A DNA stretch of 64,000 nt, from NCBI GenBank assembly GCA_964016885.1, contig OZ024744.1:107880001-107944000 (forward strand), written 5' to 3'. Under the pieces are notes generated by a model. That model saw only the letters and a program-made list of their open reading frames with translations, was not told the DNA's origin and ran no database searches. Made by a program: the position numbers and the translations under genes. Below are positions 12,159-23,774 of the stretch, piece after piece (the stretch's first letter is position 1; each line of letters begins with the position of its first letter). The stretch is from Eledone cirrhosa. Lineage: Eukaryota.

Positions 12159-13272
12159 GTCAACATCTGCTATTCAGAGGGATGGGCATGCCGTGGCTGA
12201 TTATGCACAGACATGCACTCAGGCTGCGGCATCTCCACCTCTTCCTCGACGGTGATAAGGTGTGATCGCCGTTTGCTAGACATGTTTTTCCACAGCTCGT
12301 GGTCCTTGATGGAGCTGCAGTCCTGGGTAAGCAAAGTCCGAGTGGAAGCGCTTGAAGACTGGAATATATTCAGACACTCACTGTCCTTTGCCAATTGGGC
12401 ACTGCGATTGGTGGAAACTCCACCTTGACATTCTATAGAGGGTTAGTGGAGGGCAAGAATGATGATGTCCTTGGGGAGATTCTGGGTGTGGACGAAAGCC
12501 AACTAGCTATTACCTTCCAGAGAACTTTCAATCTAGGACCAATGGATAACTTCCAAAATTCCCTGTACTGGCAGTGTTACCAGGGAGCGTTGCCAGTTTG
12601 AGATAAACTTTACAGGCATGGAACTACCATCAGTTGGACCTGTCTGAGATGCATGAGGGCTGACGACACAGTCCTGCACACATTCGTCCAGTGTCCAAGC
12701 ATTGCTGACTTGTGGGTTTATGTCGAACATCTGTTGTCACGTGTAGGACGGATCCGGTTATCAGCTGAGTCCATTGTGAAGATTGGCCCACCACCCTCCT
12801 TTAACCAGGAAGGGCATGCAGTTTTTATCTGCCTGGTGGCCATGGTGGAAGAGGTCGTATGGTGGATGCATCTAAAAGTATTGAAGATGGGCACTTCCCT
12901 CTTCAGTTATGCCCTCATTAACTTTTTCAGGTTTCACCCGAAAAGAAAAGTTTGTTGAAATGTAGGTGAAAGAGGTAACAATAGCCCATGTGAATGGGCC
13001 TACCCTGAGCAAGTGCCTGAAGTATTGTAGAAGGAAAACTGGGAGAGGGCAATCAGGGTGACTGTGGCTTTTGAGGGCTTTCTCCACAAGTAACTCTCAG
13101 TGGTCTTGCTCCCTATTGGAGGATTTTTCCTTTGTTTCCATTTTTTTTCACATCGTTTGTTTTTATTTCCTTTTTTATGCACTCAGAAACCCATACTTGT
13201 ACCATCCTGTTCTGTACTGTGCCGTCCTTAAGTATTTTTTGTAAATCATTTGTGGTTAATAAAGAAAACATC
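12158..13272 (+). mobile_element. Tx1-like LINE, 5'-truncated
   Basis: Homologous to 45500-46575 (FYRGLVEG, GPMDNFQ, QCPSIADLW). Confidence 0.9.
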
Positions 13273-13284
13273 ATTATTATTATT

Positions 13285-13483
13285 GTGGATTGACAGTATC
13301 GGTAGAGGGTCGGACGCCATGCTTTGACGCATAGAGTTACGGCTCTTGCCATTCTGAGTTCAAATCCCACCGAGGTTAACTTTGCCTTTCATCCTTACGG
13401 GGTCGATAAAATAAAGTACCAGTAATGCACTGGGTAATTGCTGGCCTTGTGCCAAAAGTAGAAACAATTATTATTATTATTAT
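13285..13483 (+). mobile_element. Nin-like SINE copy
   Basis: Family consensus. Confidence 0.9.
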
Positions 13484-13820
13484 ATGGCTTAGTGGTTAGA
13501 GCATTGGCCTTGCAATCGAAAGGTTGTGAGTTCAATTCTCGGACCGGGTGATGTGTTGTTTCCTTGAACAAGAGACTTTATTTCACATTGTTCCAGTTTA
13601 CTCAGCTGTAGAAATGAGATGATAGGGACTGAGGTCCCTATCATTCCACTGTAAAGTGGTCGTGGAGGTGCCACGGCAAAAAAGCACCCAGCACTCACTG
13701 TAAATGAGGTTGGTGTTAGGAAGGGCATCCAGCTGTAGAAATCAAGCCAGAATCAGTTCCCGTCCCACCCTTGCAAGCAGGGAAAAGCGGATGTAAAATG
13801 ATGATGATGATGATGATGAT
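13484..13820 (+). mobile_element. tRNA-headed CORE-like SINE with RTE-derived tail
   Basis: A-box TGGCTTAGTGG, B-box GAGTTCAATTCT, CORE-like CCTTGAACAAGAGACTT..CTCAGCTGTAGAAATG, 3' end matching the RTE tail at 24790-24840, (ATG)n tail. Confidence 0.8.
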
Positions 13821-13842
13821 TATTATTATTATCATCATCTTG

Positions 13843-13983
13843 ACCACCCTGCTGTATTCTTTTAGAGGGAAAGGATAGGTAGTTTTTATCTGCCTGGTGG
13901 CCATGGTGAAACAGGTTGTGTGGTGGACGTATTTGAAAGGGTTGAAGACAAGAACTTTCCTCTTCTGCGTAGCTCTGATTAAC
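13843..13983 (+). mobile_element. Short Tx1 ORF2 fragment
   Basis: Matches gtttttatctgcctggtggccatggt of the other Tx1 copies. Confidence 0.7.
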
Positions 13984-14085
13984 ATGTGGCTGTGCTGTTG
14001 TATATTGGTTATTATCTAAAACATGTGGCTGACTGTACTGCTGTATACTGGTTATTACCTAAAACATGTGGCTGTGCTGCTGTGC
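13981..14085. repeat. ~40-bp tandem repeat, about 2.5 copies
   Basis: aacatgtggctgtgctg..gtata.tggttatta.ctaa repeated. Confidence 0.85.
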
Positions 14086-14261
14086 TCTGTCTCTCAATAC
14101 AGGAGCGGATGTCTCCCCAGGCAGCGAAGTAACCCTGTAGGTGTTTTGTCTAATAGTATCAAATACAATGAATAACCTTTAATCCCTTTCTCTCAAACTC
14201 CACATATATTTGTTTCCCCGCATTTTAAATGTTCTTGTCTTTGCTTTCTTCTCTCTCTCTC

Positions 14262-14302
<41 letters not shown>

Positions 14303-14509
14303 CTTCTCCTCCCTGTCTCCCTTACTCAGTATAGCCTTTTTTTAATTTTTACCTTTCATTTCATGATGTAGATCTTTATTTTCATGCGATGATTCTTTTA
14401 AAAATGTTTTTTTAACATTATCTGGGATATAACACATTGATTCTGAATTTCATTGTGTTTATACAATCATTACTCTATATTGTTTTCTGGTGAGCAAAAA
14501 AAAAATCTA

Positions 14510-15885
14510 TCTACTGGTATGCTCTACTTGATTTATAGGTGATTAGGTTGTTGGTGGGTTTTTTTAAAATTTGTGTTGCAGATAGATATGTTTCTTTTAT
14601 TTGCCACCAGGGCATCAAAAGTGGGACAAGTACAATGGGGGGAGTTTACAAAACAAGGCGTCCTCAATAGGGAGGAGGCAATAACAATATATAAAAATAA
14701 AATAAAATATAACAAAAAATAAAATTTATAACAAAGTCCTCAATAGAAAGGAGGCGCCTTGGGGGGGGGGGGGGGGGGGGGGGGTCGCACACACCCCCGA
14801 AAAAAAGTGTGCAACCCTTTTCCTCGGGAGCACAGAGAGGGGGTGCTCCCTTGGTCTTTCATCTTCCTCACCTATAGTCTGATGTAGAGTGAAGGCCCAT
14901 TCACACGGGCCATTCTCGCCACTTTCACCCATCTTTCATAAAAACGGCTGGGGTGCAGCACCTCTCTCTCCATCCTGAGGTACAGCACCTCTCTCTCCAT
15001 CCTGGGGTACAGCACCTCTCTCTCCATCCTGGGGTACAGCACCTCTCTCTCCATCCTGGGGTACAGCACCTCTCTCTCCATCCTGGGGTGCAGCACTCCT
15101 CTCTCTCCATCCTGATCCTTCTTCAGAAATGATATCGGAAGAAACGGACCAGTTGTTGGCCAGAGAGAAAGGTGTCTGACCTCAGTCCTTTCAGACGCGC
15201 CCACCATGTGTTGCAGATAGATAGATCATTGATGTTGCAGAATTCCAGGAACCTGAAACCTTCCTTATTTCTAGCACCAAACCCATAGCCTCCATGGATC
15301 CTTTTGAAACCATCATCACAGTGTTTCCCAGCGTGCCTATTAAAGTCACCTGCAATGATTATGAAGTCACTATCACTCATTAGGGAGGTAATGTGCATTA
15401 GAGATTCATTAAATCCATTTTTTAGTTCATCTGACAGTCCAGATTGAGGTGTATATACAGATATAATTGGTACAGTTGTTCTATTTAGTACTAATCTAAG
15501 TTTAATTATTCTATCATTTACTATATTTATAGCAATTACTTTATCTACCCATTTTACAGCTAACATGATACCTACTCCACCCAGCCTGTTGTCATTGCCC
15601 ACCCAGAAACATTTGTAGCATAGTTTTTTTCTCTGCAAGAAATCTAGTTGACATTCCTCTCCATACAACTTATCCTGATCTTCCTTTCATTGTGCCTACA
15701 TTGATTGTGGCAGCTCTGAAGTTTGGGAGTTCACCAGAAGAGGGAGAGGAAGATGAATACTTGGGGAGGGGAGTGGGAGATGAATTGGTGTTGGCTTTCC
15801 TTGTCTGAAATAAAGAAGAATGTTCACATGGTTGCCTGGAGACATTCATATTCATATTTAGAGATGCTCCAGAATTGTAGTCCAT
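14510..15885 (-). mobile_element. RTE LINE apurinic endonuclease fragment (interrupted by the Tx1 copy)
   Basis: ATINVGTMKGRSG, GGVGIML, SVYTPQ, AGDFN, then SICNT|NFKK resuming after the insertion. Confidence 0.85.
14589..15206 (-). mobile_element. 5'-truncated Tx1 copy with 17-bp TSD, inserted in an RTE endonuclease region
   Basis: tgtgttgcagatagata duplicated at 14572-14588 and 15207-15223; carries an internal 27-bp tandem repeat (MEREVLYPR, about 6 copies, 14955-15115). Confidence 0.9.
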
Positions 15886-16094
15886 CTGTAATGCAAAACA
15901 ACCAAGCCCAATAAAAATGGTGGTAGCAGTAGTGGTAGTAGTAAAAATAATAGTAGCAGTAATATTTATTGCAATGGACTATAAGGCTATGGTGGTGAGT
16001 GGGAGGTGGGGACAAGTGGGAGAGAAAATGAGAGATGAGCCACAGACACTGATTTTATAGGAATCTATTAAGAAGATAAATAGAACATTTTCAT

Positions 16095-16423
16095 TCATTC
16101 ATCATCATTTGACGTCTGCTTTTCCCTGGGTGGGACGGGAACTGATTCTGGCTTGATTTCTACAGCTGGATGCCCTTCCTAACACCAACCTCATTTACAG
16201 TGAGTGCTGGGTGCTTTTTTTTCTGTGGCACCTCCACGACCACTTTACAGTGGAATGATAGGGACCCCAGTCCTATCAACTCATTTCTACAGCTGAGTAA
16301 ACTGGAGCAATGTGAAATATAGTGTCTTGCTCAAGGAAACAACACATCAACCGGTCTGAGAATTGAACTCACAACCTTTCAATTGCAAGGCCAATTCTCT
16401 AACCACTAAGCCATGTGCCTCCA
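16095..16423 (-). mobile_element. CORE-like SINE with RTE tail
   Basis: Reverse complement of the 13484-13820 family. Confidence 0.85.
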
Positions 16424-16925
16424 AGGCATAAAAATATGCTTGAATTTCATTAATAAGTAAGTTGGTAAGAAAACAGTGAAAATATTGTCATGTGATAGTT
16501 ATGTATTGTGTGTAGACATATTGCTGGAGGTAAACAAGGTTTTACATACTTTGTTCAGTTGAATACATCAAACAAATAGAAGTGGAGGGATTGAGTAAAA
16601 CTAACTTATAAAACATTTATGAAGTGAAGGAGTGTGTGCAAGCATGAGAGAGAGACATAGATAAAGCTGATGGTGGTTCTTTCTAGAATGATCTAGCACA
16701 TGCATTACAGTTCATGGTTGTATTTGAAGAGAAGAAAAGAAATTGCTCTAAAGTTAGAAAAAAAGATGTTTTTACAAAAGAGATATGAGCCAGCTACCAA
16801 TTGTACAGGAATCTATCAATATATGTATATTGAATGTGACTACACCATGCTGGTGTTAGTTTGTTGGATTTCCCTCTTGCTATAAACAGTTATATTGTAT
16901 TATATACTATTATATGGTAGAGGGT

Positions 16926-17051
16926 TTCCTCTGATGAATGTCTTGTATCTCCCATAAATTGATCAAAATCGATAGTTTGTGATCGCTGATCGATTATATA
17001 GATCGATTCCAAGTTATGGTTTTACAAGGCATGAAATGGTGCTATAAGGAA
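16926..17051 (+). ncRNA. Type I hammerhead ribozyme motif with ~95-nt stem II
   Basis: Stem I TTCCT/AGGAA; core CTGATGA (16931); stem II ATGTCTTGTA..TACAAGGCAT; GAAA; stem III ATGG-TG-CTAT; NUH=ATA. Confidence 0.75.
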
Positions 17052-17189
17052 TTTATTGTTTCCATCTAGAGTACATATTTTTCTTTGAATTACGTGCTTT
17101 GTATATATGCAATATATTGTGTATTCTCATGGATATATAGTTCTTTCTCTCTATATATACATATATCATTTAATTTGAATTATATAGCA

Positions 17190-19962
17190 TCATCATCACC
17201 ATCGTTTAAAGTCTATCTTCCACGCTAGCATGGGTTAGACGGGTTTGTCCTATTTGAGGCAAGTTGGGTCAAGTGGTCGTATCTTGCTCATATAGGAATG
17301 TTTCTGGCGGGTTTTCTACAGCTGGATGCCCTTCCTAACACCAAACACATTTACAGTGAGTGCTGAATGCTTTTTGCCATGTATTTTAGATGACCACTTT
17401 ACAGTGTGGTTTAAGGTACCAACATAATTTTACACAGTAAGGGTGGTGTGGGCAGAAGTGGGAGGGAGGTGTAGGGGGGGGGGGGGGGGGGGTATATTAA
17501 ATTACAAGTTGCCTACAAGGCGTGTCTTCTGTATTACTGCATAATGCCAAAGATGTCGATCCTGTGTCATTGTCTTAGAGAAGTTCAAGTGTGCAAAGTC
17601 AGCTTTTATCACCTCATCCAAGGTCTTTCTGGGTAACTTCATCAATTTTGATCACTCTGCACTTTTTTTTATACAACTCTCGTCTTTCATGCGCATCACG
17701 TGACCATACCAACATAATCTTCTCTTTAGTAAACTGCATCTGATCCCTCTTATGACTAATTTCTCACTTAGTTCGTTTACACTTTGCTGTTCACGTATAT
17801 TACTATTACATATCCATCGGAACATGCATGCCTCATTCCTTTCCAATTTGCACAGATCCTCTGCACACAATGCCCATGTCTCACTGCCATGTAACATTGC
17901 TGTTTGTATACAGGCATCATACAATCTGCCTTTCATTTTTAGAGAGAAACCTTTTTCAGCTAACAGTGGTATTAGCTCTCTGAACTTTATCCATCCCGTT
18001 CTTACTTTAGCTACTGTACTTTTAGAGCACCCCCCTTCACTGATGATTTTGTTATCCAGGTAACGGAAAGTGTCCACTATTTCTATAGAACAATCTGGGC
18101 AGTTGAAGGAGCCAGTATCCTGTGGGCACTTGCTACTTATTGCACCTGAGGATCAGCCACATATAAAACCTACATTCTTTTATAGCTTGTCTGTGATCCC
18201 ACTACATCTTATATAAATTATAGTAGAATAAACAACCAAATGTTATATATATATATCATCATCATCATCATCATCATCACCGTTTTATGTCCGTTCTTCC
18301 ACGCTAGCATGGGTTAGATGGGTTGTCCTGTTGTGGGCAGTGTCTGGTCGGTTGACCATGCCTTGCTCATACAGGAACTGATTTTGGCTTGATTTCTACA
18401 GCTGGATGCCCTTCCTAACACCAACCTCATTTACAGTGAGTGCTGGGTGCTTTTTCCGTGGCGCCTACACGTCCACTTTACAGTGTGGGCTGGGTGCTTT
18501 TTTGCCGTGGCACCTCCACGACCACCTTGCAGTGGGAGGGTGTGGGGGGCATATTGTCTATATGCTTCAGCTTGTATCCCTGGGAGGTCAGGTACTCTGT
18601 ATTACTGCGTGACGCCAGAGGTCACGGTCGTGTGTCATCGCCTTTGAGAGGTGTAATTGGGTAAGGTCGGCTTTTATCACCTCATCCCAGGTCTTCTTGG
18701 GTCTCCCCACTCCGCGGTTTCCATTGACTTCTAGTGCTCTGCACCTTTTTATGCAGCTGTCATCCTTCATACGCATCACATGTCCATACCAACGCAACCG
18801 CCTCTCCTGCACACAGCATTTGATTCCTCTTATGCTCAGTCTCTCTCTCAATTCATTTAAGCTTTGTCGTTCGGGTATATTACTATTACACATCCATCGG
18901 AGCATGCAGGCTTCGTTTCTTTCTAATCTACATAAGTCTTCCACCTTCAGCGCCCAGGTTTTACTACCATGTAACATTGCTGTTCGGATACACGCATCAT
19001 ACAGTCTGCCTTTCATTTTGAGAGAGAAGCCTTTTGTAGCTAGCAGTGGCAGTAGTTCCCTGAACTTCTTCCATTCCGTTCTTACCCTAGTTATTGTACT
19101 TTCTGAACACCCACCTCTGCTGCTAATTCGGTCACCTAGGTAGCAGAAGCTGTCTACTGTTTCTACAGAGCCCTCCCAGAGATTGGTGGTACTTGTTTGC
19201 CGTTTGCTGTCCCAGCACAGCTGCTGCATGTGAAGCCTACATTCTTAATTAAGCTTCTTGAGATCCTGCTACATCTCTTGTGTACCCATTGTTTGCATTT
19301 GGGGCAGAGAATGAAGTTCCTACCTACACCTTTCCTACATACTGAGCAAGGCCATTTCCCTGAGGGGATCTGGGTTCTGTTTTCTCATCTACTTACAAGG
19401 ACCTTAGTCTTTGTCATGTTGGCTTTGAGACCCTTTCTTTCTAGTCCCTGCTTCCAAGTTTGGAATTTCTTCTCTAGTTCTACCATAGATTCAGCTATAA
19501 GTGCGAGGTCATCAGCATACAGGAGTTCCCATGGGCATCCGGTCTTAAACTCCTCCGTTATTGCCTGCAGGACTATGATGAACAGGAGAGGGTTAAAAAC
19601 AGAGCCCTGGTGGACCTCAACCTGTACGCTAAATTCCTCGCTATATTCATTGCTAATCCTAACTTTGCTGACTGCTCCCCTATACATGGCTTGTACAGCT
19701 TTCACAAGCCATTCATCTACTCCTAGTTTTCTAAGAGCCCACCAGATTACAGCACGTGGAACTCTGTCAAAGGCTTTCTTGAGATCGACGAATGCCAAGT
19801 AGAGTGGCTTACTTTTAGCTAGGTACTTTTCCTGTAACTGCCTCACAAGGAAGAGGGCATCAGTGGTGCCTCTTCCTGGTACAAACCCAAATTGCATCTC
19901 ATCTAGTTTCACCCGGTCCCTAATCAACTGTGCTATAACTCTTTCTGTTACTTTCATGACCT
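17190..19962 (-). mobile_element. Two RTE LINE 3' copies (approx. 17520-18210, 18590-19962) plus RTE-tailed SINE pieces (17190-17410, 18258-18530)
   Basis: QFGFVPGRGTTDA, DLKKAFDRV, HQGSV..PLLF, LYADDL, FCYLG, RRLRWYGHV, GRPKKTW. Confidence 0.9.
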
Positions 19963-20107
19963 ACTATATATATATGAAACCAAATAATTTGGTTATTAGG
20001 GCTCTAGGTAAAGTCTATTGAGCTTACTTATTGAGAAACAAAATTCTAACATATTTGTTAAGTTTTCATTCATCATTTGTATATATATATATATGTGTGT
20101 GTGTGTG

Positions 20108-20140
20108 GAGAGATAGAGAGAGAGAGAGAGATAGAGAGGG

Positions 20141-20200
<60 letters not shown>
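20108..20200. repeat. (GA)n microsatellite
   Basis: Direct reading. Confidence 0.95.
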
Positions 20201-20202
<2 letters not shown>

Positions 20203-20789
20203 CACACACATATGATTGAATGGAGATGATATAGAGTAGAAAGGGCTAACTGAGCATATGTCAACTCTCTAGTGTTGGTGTAAAGAAGGGCACCCAGTTA
20301 TAGAAGATCTTTGAAAGGATGAGAGGACCTTTCAGTTGTGACAAGGATATGACAACCTCCCTGGTGCTGGTGTCACCATAAAATGCACCAGTGTATTCTG
20401 CAGTACTGGATATAAGCGATATGCAGGCCCTTGGCTCGTCTCTCCTAGTTTAACAACCTGTCTAACCCTCGCTAACATGGAAAACCGACATTAAATGTTC
20501 CAATCACAATCTTAATCATGAGAAAGTTAATTATATTACTAAATCCTATTAAATGCTTGGTTATTTCCAAAATTATTTCAAAATCATAGACAGTATTTCC
20601 ATTAGAAGAATGGTAAGGAAAGGGTTAATGACGTTTGGTAGTCTTGAGCTTGTTGCTATACAGGTCAAGGGAGATAATTTCTGGTGTCATGCCTGCGCCC
20701 CCCCCCCCTCTCTATCTCTCCGTTTAGTGGCCTTATATGCTGTGTTAGATTGTTTTCCGTAATAAAAAAAAAATACAGCCAATTGTTAA

Positions 20790-20910
20790 AAATTGCCTCC
20801 TTCTGGACCCTTATTGGAGATACGTAATCTTTGTGCCTCCATACCACGCCATCCAGGTCTGGCTGCAGGTCTATCGCCAGTTCTCACTGCGTTGGATGGA
20901 GACTGTAATG
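20790..20910 (-). mobile_element. 5' region of an RTE-like family
   Basis: Similar to 48640-48765, which lies just upstream of an RTE endonuclease. Confidence 0.55.
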
Positions 20911-21600
20911 TTGTTGTTTTTTTAAACCTCTTAACTTTAATGTTTTATTCACTCTTGTATATAATAATACAATGCTTACAGAACGAAAGCACAAACAAAT
21001 ATAATATAAAGGAAAGGGAAAGGGAAAACAGAAAAAAAAAAAGAAAGAAAAGTTTTTAAAAAAAAGAAAAAAAGAATATTTTTCGAACAAACTTCTCTAC
21101 TTGGACGCATTTATTACGTTTAACCGTACTGCAGTTTTTTGGTGGTCTTATTCGCGCCAGTCACCAATTTGGTAATTTTCTCAGACCCGCGAAGTAGGAT
21201 TATTTTTTTAGAGGCAGCCTTTACTCTCCTAATCGAAGCTACATCACTGGGTTGTGAGAGTTTTCTTGGGAGTTAACAGTGTCACCCATTGCTCCATCTC
21301 CTCTAGTAGTTTACCGCTTTTGATCCGGGGTTGCTTATTCGTCCGACAAGAGCCCGCTTATATCACAACTAACCATCTTATCTGGTGGTGGTATCGTTAT
21401 CTGAAACTTGCGACACGTTTTCTAGCAGAATAGCCCTGATAAGAAAGAATACGATCGCGAAAACAAGAGGCCGAAATGGAGTTCCGTTGAAAGATCTTTG
21501 GAATAACCTTGCTCGACAGAGTAGCTCAGAGATCAGAGAGTTGCTCAAGGTAGATCCACTACTTTAATTGGACGATTCCGCGATTTCGATATTATGATAT

Positions 21601-21702
21601 AATTGTTTCTACTTTTGGCACAAGACCAGCAATGACTCAGTACATTACTGGTACTTTATTTTATCGACCCCGTAAGGATGAAAGACAAAGTCAACCTCGG
21701 CA
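21601..21702 (-). mobile_element. Nin-like SINE 3' half
   Basis: Reverse complement of the family consensus. Confidence 0.85.
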
Positions 21703-21854
21703 TAATGGTGCTACAACACAAACACTATGACACTACAGTATTAGGATACAACACAAATACGATATTAAAATATTAGAATATTACTATGATAGTGATTTCT
21801 CCGACCCCCCCCCCCCCCACACACACACACTCGCTATATATATATATATGTATA

Positions 21855-22193
21855 TCATCATCATCATCATTTCATTTTACGTCCACTTTTCCCTGCTTTC
21901 AAGGGTGGGACAGGAACTGATTCTGGCTTGATTTCTACAGCTGGATGCCCTTCCTAACACCAACCTCATTTACAGTGAGTGCTGGGTGCTTTTTTGCCGT
22001 GGCACCTCCACAACCACTTTGCAGTGGAATGATAGGGACCCCAGTCCCTATCATCTCATTTCTACAGCTGAGTAAACTGGAGCAATGTGAAATAAAGTGT
22101 CTTGCTCAAGGAAACAACACATCACCAGGTCTGAGAATTGAACTCACAACCTTTCGATTGTAAGGCCCACTAACCACTAAGCCATGTGCCTCC
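21855..22193 (-). mobile_element. CORE-like SINE with RTE tail
   Basis: Reverse complement of the 13484-13820 family. Confidence 0.9.
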
Positions 22194-22205
22194 ATATATA
22201 TATAG

Positions 22206-22207
<2 letters not shown>

Positions 22208-22293
<86 letters not shown>
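22208..22293. repeat. (TA)n microsatellite
   Basis: Direct reading. Confidence 0.95.
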
Positions 22294-22300
<7 letters not shown>

Positions 22301-23620
22301 AAAAATTAAAATAATAATGAAATGATTGTGTACAGTGCTCAGGTGCACTACAACTCATCAAAGGTGCATGTATAGTACATAGAATAATATGCAAATGTCA
22401 GGGAAGTGAACAGTGTACAAGTCATGAAATATGTGTGCATGTGTATGGAGAGGGGATTTTAGGTGTAGTGTTGGAGGATCTCAGGAAGCCGGGAGGTTTT
22501 AAAGGATGCTGTGTCTCGACAGCTAACAACTGATGCAGGGAGTTTGTTCCAGGGAGGTTTTAAAGGATGCAGTGTCTCGACAGCTAACAACTGATGCAGG
22601 GAGTTTGTTCCATGCTTCAGCAACTCTGAGCGTCAAAAAATGTTTCCAAAAGTCATGGGAGCTGTGCTGTTTTCTGACTTTGTGGGCAAGCCCACGTGTG
22701 TTAGACACATGCAAATCAAAAAATATATACATATATACATACACACATATATAAAATAAAAAATTAAAATAATAATGAAATGATTGTGTACAATGCTCAG
22801 GTGCACTACAACTCATCAAAGGTGCATGTATAGTATATAGAATAATGTATAAATGTCAGGGAAGTGAACAGTGTACAAGTCATGATATACATGTGTGCGT
22901 GTGTATGGAGGGGGACATCAGGTGTAGTGTTGGCGAATTTCAGGAAGCATAGAGGTTTTAAAGGTTGCAGTGTCTTGACAGCTAACAACTGATGCAGGGA
23001 GTTTGTTCCATGGAGGTTTTAAAGGATGCAGTGTCTCGACAGCTATCAACTGATGCAGGTAGTTTGTTCCATGGAGGTTTTAAAGGATGCAGTGTCTCGA
23101 CAGCTAACAACTGATGCAGGTAGTTTGTTCCATGGAGGTTTTAAAGGATGCAGTGTCTCGACAGCTAACAACTGATGCAGGTAGTTTGTTTCATGGAGGC
23201 TTTAAAGGATGCAGTGTCTCGACAGCTAACAACTGATGCAGGTAGTTTGTTCTGTGGAGGTTTTAAAGGATGCAGTGTCTCGACAGCTAACAACTGATGC
23301 AGGTAGTTTGTTTCATGGAGGTTTTAAAGGTTGCAGTGTCTTGACAGCTAACAACTGATGCAGGTAGTTTGTTTCATGGAGGCTTTAAAGGATGCAGTGT
23401 CTTGACAGCTAACAACTGATGCGGGTAGTTTGTTTCATGGAGGCTTTAAAGGATGCAGTGTCTTGACAGCTAACAACTGATGCGGGTAGTTTGTTGTATG
23501 CTTCAGCAACTCTGTGTGTGAAAAATATATACACACACACACATACAGTCATTTCAGGAAGCATAGAGGTTTTAAAGGTTGCAGTGTCTCGACAGCTAAC
23601 AACTGATGCAGGGAGTGTGT
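22294..23620 (-). mobile_element. Tandem CR1-clade LINE 3' ends with an internal 61-bp tandem array
   Basis: NTRG.AHK..RVAEAWNKLPASVV; homologous to 51600-51955. Confidence 0.85.
22951..23499. repeat. 61-bp minisatellite, about 9 copies, CR1-derived
   Basis: ggaggttttaaaggatgcagtgtctcgacagctaacaactgatgcaggtagtttgttccat with period 61. Confidence 0.95.
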
Positions 23621-23774
23621 GAAAAATATATACACACATACAGTCTCTTAAACTTATATATACTCACATATCCTCATAGCTTTGTACAGACAGACAGACA
23701 ACAAACACACACACACACACAGAGACATATACACTCTTACACATGTTCACACCTACATATCCACTCTAATGGCA

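Noticed and set aside
15670-15900. Host exon starting MDYNSG after an acceptor-like TTACAG
   Set aside because: Runs in frame into the RTE endonuclease N-terminus, so most simply part of the LINE
22951-23499. CRISPR-like regular array
   Set aside because: No unique spacers; pure tandem copies of CR1 sequence in eukaryotic DNA
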